Of a DNA stretch of 62,000 nt, positions 52,201 to 62,000 are shown one piece after another. How positions within the stretch are numbered: position 1 is the first letter of the stretch; every line of letters begins with the position of its first letter. The notes under the pieces were generated by a model. It was not told where the DNA came from. It worked only from the letters and a program-made list of their open reading frames with translations, and did no database searches. Source of the DNA: Octopus vulgaris. Taxonomy: Eukaryota. Both the position numbers and the translations under genes were made by a program. The DNA is taken from the NCBI GenBank assembly GCA_951406725.2, contig OX597823.1:38274001-38336000 (forward strand), in the 5' to 3' direction.

Positions 52201-55058
52201 TTATTTACTATATTAATTATGGTTTAAAGTAGGATTAAAGAACTTAACTTATTTTGGATATCACATGTGTAAACTATGTCATCATATTCTGTATCAGTTT
52301 TATACAGTATGACAGTCCTCTCTCTCATACAAGTCTACAATTGTAAACCTCCATGTTAAAGTTTGAAGGTTCATGATTTTTTTTGGGGAAAGCTACAATA
52401 GTGGTTTCCCATTACTATCTGCCAGTTTATTCTCCTAATCTCTTGCTCTCCCAGGTTTATCTTTGACTCACAGAGCCTATTTAATTAAATATCAGTTGGA
52501 CTGTTTCATGTAACCTCAGTACATGTCCACATACCAATGAGCCTGTGTGACACAAGTCTAAGGGATAGCCCTCCTTCCCGTCTTATGTTTTAGCCATAGG
52601 ATCATTTGCTGTTTGACCCAAAACTGGGGCCCTTGATGGATACTGCCACCATCCTGGACAAGAGTGGACCTGGGAATTGTGGTGTCTAAGGAGTTACTCC
52701 TTACTCCCTCAAACTTCTAAAATTTTGAGCTAGAGTTTCCCTACCAGATGCATTTTAATATCTTACCTGGGACTATTGCAGTTCATATATACTAAATATT
52801 CAACATTTTGTACTGGCACACTTCAGCTAGTCTGCAGTGTCTCATTCCCAGATCTTTGCATTCATTGTTCCATTTTTTAGGTTCCACATCTTTACATCAT
52901 TTCTGATTCCTTTGCCTCAAATTCTCTATTTGCAACCCTTGCATTGTTGCCATCTGTTATCATTTTACTTCATTCCATTCTTATCATATGTCCATATTTA
53001 TACTGCTATCTTATTTTGGCATAAACCAATCCCTCAAATGTTCTATTGCTTTTTTTTCTGTTTTTCACTGTAAAAGTGGCAAGTATATTACTTGGTCAGT
53101 AAATCAGATTTAAACAATATTTTTCAATATATTGCAGGACTTTGCTACCCATATCTTACTGCCCTATAGTGTCATTGTTTGGAGCAGTTGTCATATAGTT
53201 CACTTTTTGAAATGAAAGCAATGATTCAATATTATCTCTTGCATTTTTCTTTTTAGACACAAGTTTTCCCTTGTTATATTATTACTTACTCTATTCTGGC
53301 ACTAATTGGGTTGTTTAGATAACAAAACTTTACTACATCCAATAGCTTATAACCTTACTACTTGCACTAATGCCTAAGGTGCACTTCATATTGATTTTCT
53401 TTTATCTATCAGTGCATCTATTGTACATGTTTTCACTGCTAACAGAGTAAAGTTGAGTTTGTTGTATCCATAAGTGATAGTAATAAATGGAATAACTGTT
53501 GTCTGGATACTGCTTGACTATACAGGTTTCTTATTGTTAACCTGTATATTCATCTTGGCCATCTTCATCATGATCTTTTCTAGATTTCAAATGGATTGAT
53601 AGTGCAATGGAAGCATAGATGTTATAAGATTGAATAGTCAATCCCTTAGACAAATTGGAGCTAAGATACTCTGAGCATGTTGCCAATTTTGACCTTACTA
53701 CAAACAACATTTGAACAGCAATCAGCAATTTCTTAATTTGTAGCATTCTTATTTTGTACATGTTGAAACCCAATTAGTTCAGCAAATGAAATATATAGTC
53801 AATTAATTTTGTCATCAGAAATTCTTTCTGCAGTTTTCTTTCCAGTGGTCTATGGTTCTCAGCTGATACAAACTTCATGCTATCCGTTTTAAGTATTGTG
53901 TTAGTCTCATTATGATTTGACTCCATTCATATATGGGTCTATCAATTCAAGTTCTTTGCAATACTTCCTCTTTATTTTCAATAACTATTCTTGGTTTTAC
54001 AGTAATTAACATAATGTTACCAAATAACACCTTCATGAATCATGCGATTAGTTAAACAAGCAATTGGGTTTGTTTTTACAGTGTGCTGCTAACACTTCGC
54101 TGATTTCCATAGTTTCGGTAGATAAGGTAGTTTTGTGACATTCGTCTTTGTTAAAATCACTGACTACATGTAATGACATTTAAATGTTATTTTTGTTTGC
54201 TTTTGCTATTAAGTGCTATTGCTTCTGTATAAACAAATACATTCTACTCTTTTGTGACGGATGCCAGGATTTTGCTCCTTTACACTACCGTCTTAATATA
54301 TCTTACATCTTTATACCTAATGTCTCTGAAACACATACCTTTCTGCTTTTGTCTTTGGCAAAGCTTCTATTGAAATATATTTTGCTGCTACTTCTCTCTC
54401 TTTTTTTCGTTCATTCATGTTTCAAGACTTGATTCGTTTAAATTTTGCTTTCTTTCCTAATGAAAAAGAAAGCAAAACTTTTATTTTTCTTGTTGCTAAG
54501 AGATTAAGTTGTTCGGTTTTCTTAGTCTACAAGGTTTTTAAGTTCAAGCTATTAGACATTAATTGTGTATCAAGTCCATGATTATTAATTTTTTTACCAT
54601 TTTTGTGGAAATATTTGCAGGGCCGACCAATGTCTTGTAAATGAATTTGATAGGTAGAAACTGTGTAGAAGTCCATCATGTGTACGTATTTGTATATGTC
54701 TTTCTGTCTGTTCACTATCTTCTGCTGCCACTTGACAACCACTTTTGGTTTGTTTACATCACTGTGACTTAGTGGTTTGGCAAAAGAGACTGATAGAATA
54801 AGTACCAGTCTTAAAAAACAAATACTGGAGTTGATTTTACCCTACTATGACTATAGTCCAATGACTGAAACAAATAAAAGATAAGAGATCAATCAACATT
54901 GACAAATGACTCGTTAGCATTAGGCTGTATAAACATCTGGTTCTAGAATTCCTTTACAGATTTTGTGCTCTAAGAGACATTAAATTGAAAATGAAAATAG
55001 TTTTAATGAAAAATTGTTGAAGATATACTGAAATCTGAAACCATAGAAAATTCTGTCA

Positions 55059-55287
55059 TTAACCGTTTAGCATTCAGATTACTCTGTCAAATGTAATGCA
55101 TGTTTACTAACACTGTTTTGAATGTAATCATGCATATTGCATAACTTCAATATTTTGAAGATGTGATTGTTTAATTTTAGATTCACATTCTAGGATCAGT
55201 GAGAGAAGCCAGATCTCATCAGTTTGAACATAAAACAGGTGGAATATTTGGGCCAGATATTGCCAGTTTAAATGCTTAAAAGGTTAA
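55059..55287 (-). mobile_element. piggyBac-type MITE, diverged
   Basis: TTAA-CCGTTTAG...TAAAAGG-TTAA; reverse complement of the 29400 family. Confidence 0.8.
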
Positions 55288-56325
55288 TTCTAATTTACTA
55301 TTCCAAGAATCCTTTCTCAGTGTAGTTATTGTTGTTAACTCTACTGATTTGTTATTATTTTTCATTTATGATACATTTCAAATTTTTATTTGATCAATTT
55401 TAGTTTCAGTTGAATTTTACAAACATATTTTATGACATAGATCTAAATATATACTAAATATTTTTCATATTAATATATAAATATTTGGTATATAAATATA
55501 CTAAATATTATTAATATTTATTTCTAACAAGGACACACATTTTTAGTGGGGGTATTGTCAATTAGATTGATCAAAGTACTTGATAGGCATTTTATTTTGT
55601 TGATGTTACAATGATGAAAAGCAAAGTCAACCACAATGGGATTTCAACTCAAAATATAAAGAGTGAAAATATAAATGCCATGAAACATTTTGACTGATGC
55701 TCAACTCAGAATGCAATGTTGGCAGTAAGTGTCCTGAAACAAGTTCAAATTTTTCTGGGTTGGTAAAATAATAAATAATTTTAATTCAATCATTTGTGAG
55801 CCTACAGAAATTGGCCCTGTACTATGCAAAAAATCTATTATTGCTTATCAATTCAAATTCTGTGGAGTTGACTTTTCATTTTTCTAGGATGTATTAATGT
55901 ATTGCCTCTAACAGATATGAGTCAAAAATACTCTTTTTTTTTAAATAAATCAACTTAATGTCTAGTCAAAACAAATCAAATCTTTTATCTATTACTTGTT
56001 GCAATCACTGGACTGTGACCATGCAGGAACAATTCCTTGAGGGATTGCAGTTGAAAAATTGACCCCAATACTAAATTTCTCTTTTATTCAACCACTAAGT
56101 TATGGGAACATAAACAAATCTATAGTACTGTGGGTGAATTACAAATAGAAACATAAAAATACAAAGATACATGAATAGACAGACATCCATTGAACCACAC
56201 ACACAAACAGATATATATATATATATATATATACATGCACACACACACATACATACAAAAACACATATATTGCTATATATATATATATATAAATATGTAC
56301 ATACATAGCAATATATATATTTCAG

Positions 56326-57291
56326 ATGTCGGGGCAGAAATCTGCTCCAGCATCTCATCAGTTGTTAAGACAAAACAAAAATGCTATGAAAATGACTGTT
56401 AAAAAAGGAGAAATTACTATGAAGTTGACTGTTATTAAGACAATGGACAAGACTTTTCCTGATGTATATTTTGCCATTTACAAAGATGATGCCCTAGCTT
56501 TAACCACAAATGCCAATGGACCAGCACAAAATCGGTTTAGGAAGGACATTATCCAGACCATGAAAACTTTCGGTCTTAGTATAACTACAGATACCAACCT
56601 GACGGTTGTCAATTTCCTAGATTTATCCTTAGATTTAAATAAGAATATTTACAAACCTTATAGGAAACCCAATGATAGACTTAGTTATATTAATGTAGGT
56701 TCCTGCCATCCCCCCATAGTGTTTATAAATTTAGTTAAAAACATTAGCAAAAGAATTTCTAGCCTTTCCTCTGATAGGGACATTTTTTATAGTGTTGCCC
56801 CAGTATATAATAATGCTCTAAAAGATAATGGATTTAGTGAGGACATAACCTATACACCCATTACCAGTACAATAATAAAGAAAAGGAAACATAGGAATAG
56901 GAAAACTATCTGGTTCACACCCTCTTACTCCTCTGAAGTGACCTTTAATATAGGTAAATACTTCTTATCACTTATAGATAGGCATTTTCCAATCAGTCAT
57001 AATTACAGAAAGCTCTTCAATATACATAACTTAAAAATCAGTTTTAGCTCAACTACTAATTTAAAAACTATAATCGCACACAATGCACAAAAACAACAAA
57101 ATGAAACCAGCTGTTCATGCAGGGATAAAAATATGCGCCCACTAAATGGAGCTTGCATGCCTGAGACCATCTTTTATGAAGCCACTGTAGACTCTACAAC
57201 AACTAAGGACACAGTGGGTCTCACAGAGGGGTATTTTAAAGCCAGGTTCAACGATCACAAGATTTACTATAAGCAGTATCATGAGGTTTAG
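56326..57291 (+). mobile_element. Penelope-like element: RT C-terminal half and GIY-YIG endonuclease, truncated at both ends
   Basis: GAEIC (upstream frame), YKDDAL, NFLDLSLDL, YKPYRKPND, CHPP, WFTPSYS, CSC...PLNGAC, FYEATV...VGLTEGYFKARFNDH. Confidence 0.9.
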
Positions 57292-58312
57292 TAGTTTCTG
57301 CTACCTAGGTGACCAAGTTAGTAGTTGGGGTGGATGCTCAGAGAGTGTTACCACTAGAATAAGAATAGCCTGAGCAAAGTTTAGAAAGCTTCTTCCCCTA
57401 CTGGCGACAAAGAGTCTCTTGCTCAGAGTGAAAGGAAGATTGTACGATACTTGTGTGTGAACTGCTATGCTTCATGGCAGTGAAACATGGGCCATAACTG
57501 CGGAGGACATGTGTAGGCTTGAAAGAAATGAAGCTAGCATGATCCGCTGGATGTGTAATGTCAGTATGCATGCATGACAGAGTGGAAGCACCCTGAGAGA
57601 AATGTTGGACATAAGAAGCATTGGCTGTGGCATGCAGGAGAGACGTTTGTATTGGTATGGTCATGTACTATGGATGGATGAGGAGAGATGTGTGAAGAAG
57701 TGCCACTCCCAAACTGTTGAAGGAATCCGGGGTAGAGATAGACCCAGGAAGACATGGGATGAGGTGGTCAAGCATGACCTTTAAACGTTGGGCCTCACAG
57801 AAGCTATGACGAAAGACCGAGACCTCTGGAGATATGCTGTGACTGTGAAGACCTGACAAATGCAGTGAGTCCATGGCTCACAGGACGGCGTGCTGTGCTA
57901 ACCTTAGATCGTAGGGTGACCTATTGTGCTTGAGGAGACCTATTGAGTCAAGTACATCAACATCAAAATAAAAATCAAATGGAAATTGTAGTTGTGATAC
58001 TCATGCCGGTGGCACGTAAAAAGCACCATCTGAATGTGGCCAATGCCAGCGCCGCTTTGACTGGCGTCCGTGCTGGTGACATGTAAATAGCACCAACCGA
58101 TCATGGCCGTTTGCCAGCCTCCTCTGTCCCCTGTGCTGGTGGCAAGTAAAAAGTACCCACTACACTCACAGAGTGGTTGGCATTAGGAAGAGCATCCGGC
58201 TTTAGAAACACTGCCAGATCAGACTGGTGCAGCCTCTTGGCTTCCCAGACTCCGGTCAAACCGTCCAACCCATGCTAGCATAGAAAACAGATGTTAAACC
58301 ATGATGATGATA
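57292..58312 (+). mobile_element. RTE-type LINE 3' end
   Basis: SFCYLGDQVSS...MQERRLYWYGHVLWMDEERCVKKC...GRDRPRKTWDEVVK, then 3' UTR and (GAT)n tail. Confidence 0.93.
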
Positions 58313-58340
58313 TATATATATATACACATATACACACAGC

Positions 58341-58385
<45 letters not shown>

Positions 58386-59361
58386 CTATATATATATATA
58401 TATAGCTATATATATATATATAGAATAATAATAATAATATTAGGGAATATGATTCCAAACTTCCAGGGAAAATTCAATTTAGTAATGCTAAATCAAATCT
58501 CACAATATATAATGCATGTATATAAATTAGAGAAGAACCATATCATTCAACAATGATATACTTAAATCATACCGTATAGAAAAAAAAAGATACAATAAAA
58601 CATTTACCTACAACTAAATAAAGTATGAAATAATAAATAAATAGTAAATAGACTACACGTGTTTCGTGGCTATATTTTCAAATTGTTAACAGTAAAATCA
58701 ATTCAATTTAAGTGTAGTCACTTATCCGGTCCAAGATGAAAACAATAAAATAATTAAATCAATGTACATATATTATCTTATAAGAAAATATAAATATATA
58801 TAAAAATACATAATTTTTCAATAAAAAATTGAACAAAATTCAAAAATATATCATAAAATAAAATCACAAAATATATTATCAAATATATTCTGTTAACTAA
58901 ATCTTTAAATTTAATATCTAGGACTTAGTGTTTATAATAAATTTATCTCGTTAAAAACATGGTGTAAATAAAACTGGAATAAATAGATAGAAATATTTAT
59001 TTTATCTATGAAAATATATTTTAGCTTTTGGAAGAAAAAAATGAGAAACTATAGTATGTCATTACTGGAAAATTAAAATACAAGTAATTTAAACAAAATA
59101 TTTAAAACAAAATATATATATATATATATATATAAAATACATAATATACATTAAATGAAGCTAAAATACTATAATTTAATCTATATCCATTAATTTATTT
59201 ATTTATTTATTTAATAAAAATGTAAGTTAAATCTTATTCTAATTATGTAATATATACTAAATAACTTCATGCTAACTTATATGCATAATACTACAACAAA
59301 CTATAACTACAAGAATTATATATATATATATATTTTGTTTTAATTACTTGTATTTTAATTT

Positions 59362-59399
<38 letters not shown>

Positions 59400-59400
<1 letters not shown>

Positions 59401-59597
59401 GTGCAGGTGGCACGTAAAAAGCACCCACTACACTCACGGAGTGGTTGGCGTTAAGGAAGGGCATCCAGCTGTAGAAACGTTGCCAGATAAGACCGGAGCC
59501 TGGTGCAGTCTTCTGGCTTCCCAGATCCCCGGTCGAACCGTCCAACCCATGCTAGCATGGAGAACGGACGTTAAACGATGATGATGATGATGATGAT
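59400..59597 (+). mobile_element. RTE-tail short insertion, young
   Basis: GGTGGCACGTAAAAAGCACCC...GGACGTTAAACGATGATGATG with CpGs intact. Confidence 0.85.
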
Positions 59598-60140
59598 ATA
59601 TATATTTACTTTAAATAAAAACCTTTGACTCTGCAGCACTGTATATAAATTCTCTACTAGGAATGACCAAGTTTTAAAACCTGCTGGATCTCACTCATAA
59701 GGGAATCTTACATTGCTTATAAACTCTATATTTAGAAGGACTCATTTAAAACTCTGTTGGTCATTTGGAGTTTTGGACTTTATTCATAGGATATTGGAAT
59801 ATTGCATATATACCAATATGCCTAAAAAATGGATTTACAACTTCAATACCCATAGATTTCTTGCATCTATTTTCTTTACTCCACCTCACTCTCTATTTTG
59901 TATCACATCTAAACTAGCTATGACTTAATTATACTCTCACACTGTCTCCGATGGAGGGATATAATTAATAAATATCCTAGAAACAGCTGTAAGACCTATC
60001 TATAAATGCTCTAATATCTACACAGCCTTGGTTTTTTATCTTATTATGCAAAAAATTCTTATATATTTATATATGTATATATATAATTATATATATGTAT
60101 ATATATTTATATATACAAGTATATATATTTATATATACAA

Positions 60141-60178
<38 letters not shown>

Positions 60179-60179
60179 T

Positions 60180-62000
60180 TGAAACAGTTCAGTGCACTAC
60201 AAGATAGGACCCCTCCTCCAAAAGGATGGCTCCCTCACAGATAGTCCAACTAAGATCAGTTAGATGCTGAATTACCAGTTCAAAAGTGTCTTTACCACTC
60301 CGTTGGAACACAGACAAGTGAACGAACCAGTGGACTTCTTTGCCGCCCCACCTACAACCAGCGAGGCGGTTACAATAGAATGTATTGACATTAGCGAAAA
60401 AGATGTACTACTAGCCATAGATGAAGTGGACACAAACTCAGCTGCTGGTCCTGGCGGTTTCCCAGCCATCCTCCTCAAAGCGTGTAAGCATGCCCTGACA
60501 AAACCCCTCAAGATTCTCTTCCAGAGCTTTCTTGCGAATGTCAAACTGCCAAGCAAGCTGAAGGAGGAATAATATGCCCAATACATAAAGGGGGAAGTAG
60601 AGCAGATGCCAAAAACTATAGGCCTATCTCTCTGACTTCACACATCAGCAAAGTCATGGAACGGATAGTCAGAAAGAAACTAATCGCATTCTTTGAGGAA
60701 AATATCTTGTTGAGTGATACCCAGCATGGTTTTCGACCAGGTAGGAGCTGCCTGACCCAGCTCTTACAACATTATGACTGGGTGTTGAGGCAGTTACTCA
60801 ACAAATCAAATGTGGACGTAATCTACCTTGATTTTGCAAAAGCTTTTGACAAGGTGGATCATGGTATGATGTGCCATAAACTGTGTGACTTCGGCATAGC
60901 TGGAAAACTTGGAGTGTGGTTGCATGACTTCGTGAAAGATAGGAGTCAGGCAGTAGTGGTTAATGGAGCCACCTCTATGAACACACAAATAGTGAGCGGT
61001 GTTCTTGGGCCATCTTGGGACCACTGCTTTTTATAGTGGCCCTCTCAGATATGCCCTCAAATGCCGAGAGAGCCACTCTGGCCAGCTATGCAGACGATAC
61101 GAAAGTCTCGCAGAAAATACAGAATCCCAGCAATGTTGCACACCTGCAGCAGGAGTTGGACTCAATCTACAGATGGGCTGAGGATAATAATATGCAGGTT
61201 AATGCTGAAAAATTCCAGGCCCTGCGCTACCAGCATCCAAAACTGAATATTAAACTTACAGAATACACCGGTCCACAGGGAATTTCAATCCCAGATCCTA
61301 AGTCTGTGAGGGACCTGGGTATCGACATGAGTGATGAAACCTCTTTCCAAGTGCACATTACCAGGATGGTGACAAAGTGCAGACGACTGGCTGGGTGGAT
61401 CCTAAGAACATTCAGAACCAGAGATAAGGAAACCATGATGGTCCTCTGGCAGACATTCGTCCTCAGCCACCTGGATTACTGCTCAAAGCTATGGTCACCC
61501 ACCAGTGTAAAATTAACAGCGGACCTTGAAGCAATCCAGAGATGATTCACAAAGAAGATCGTCCCTTTGCAACCGCTCAGCTACTGGGAAATGTTGAAAC
61601 AGCTAAGACTCTACTCCCTGGAGAGAAGACGGGAGAGGTATGCAGTAATATATGTCTGGAAGATCCTGGAAGGAATTGTGCCAAATTTTGGCATTGAAAG
61701 CTACACCAATGCTAGAACGGGACGACACTGCATAGTGCCAAAGATCCCAGCAATGCCATCACGCTTCAGGACCAGCTTCTGCAACAGCCTGGGTTTCAAG
61801 GGCCCACAGCTTTTTAATATTCTCCCAAAGAGTCTGAGGAACTTGCACAAAGTAGATGTAGCGGTTTTTAAATCAAAGCTGGACATCTTCCTGTCAAGAG
61901 TCCCAGATGAACCTACCTCACGGCAAGAGGTGCAAATGAGAGTAGCTATATCAAACTCCATTCTTCACCAAGTGCCACATATTAGACGAGGTTCGTTGTA
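60180..62000 (+). mobile_element. CR1-group LINE ORF2 reverse transcriptase, 5'-truncated, frameshifted, runs to window end
   Basis: SAAGPGGFP, NYRPISLTSHISKVMERIV, QHGFRPGRSCLTQLL, YLDFAKAFDKVDH, YADDTK, RDLGI, LDYCSKLWSP. Confidence 0.95.

Noticed and set aside
54340-54460. Minus-strand exon candidate MNERKKEREVAAKYISIEALPKTKAE with GTATGT donor
   Set aside because: The acceptor is half of a 12-bp hairpin, the peptide is unrecognised, and neighbouring frames look like decayed repeat.
56305-56365. Antisense CTGATGA-GATG...CATC-T-GAAA hammerhead-like match
   Set aside because: Extra base in the core, only a 3-bp stem I, stem III made of (TA)n, and it overlaps PLE coding sequence; treated as chance.
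58640-58735. Minus-strand GAAACACGTGTAGTC half-hammerhead in an AT-rich block
   Set aside because: Stem III and the triplet are present but no CUGANGA is found upstream.

Overview
AT-rich, repeat-saturated eukaryotic DNA. The tRNA-headed SINE families, RTE-type LINE tails ending in (GAT)n and dense microsatellites look like an octopus genome, which is an inference from the repeats alone. No host protein-coding gene could be recognised. Almost all ORF-track entries are microsatellite or low-complexity artefacts or decayed transposon frames. The window holds nested mobile-element remnants: Tc1/mariner copies from several families, RTE and CR1-like LINEs, several SINE families, piggyBac- and hAT-type MITEs, a Helitron PIF1-helicase remnant, and Penelope-like (PLE) RT/GIY-YIG remnants. 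The strongest unexplained signal is at 16456-17281: two 167-bp direct repeats 492 bp apart, each with a complete type I hammerhead ribozyme whose stem III loops can cross-pair, preceded by an inverted copy of the internal region (retrozyme/PLE pLTR-like). A degenerate hammerhead of a different sequence family lies at 41554-41610 between two palindromes. The window also has many local inverted duplications and fold-backs, and a CpG-rich block at about 44.3-48.7 kb containing strong minus-strand micro-exon candidates. No rRNA, true tRNA or CRISPR array was seen. Coordinates were counted by eye, identities are visual estimates, and repeat boundaries are approximate.
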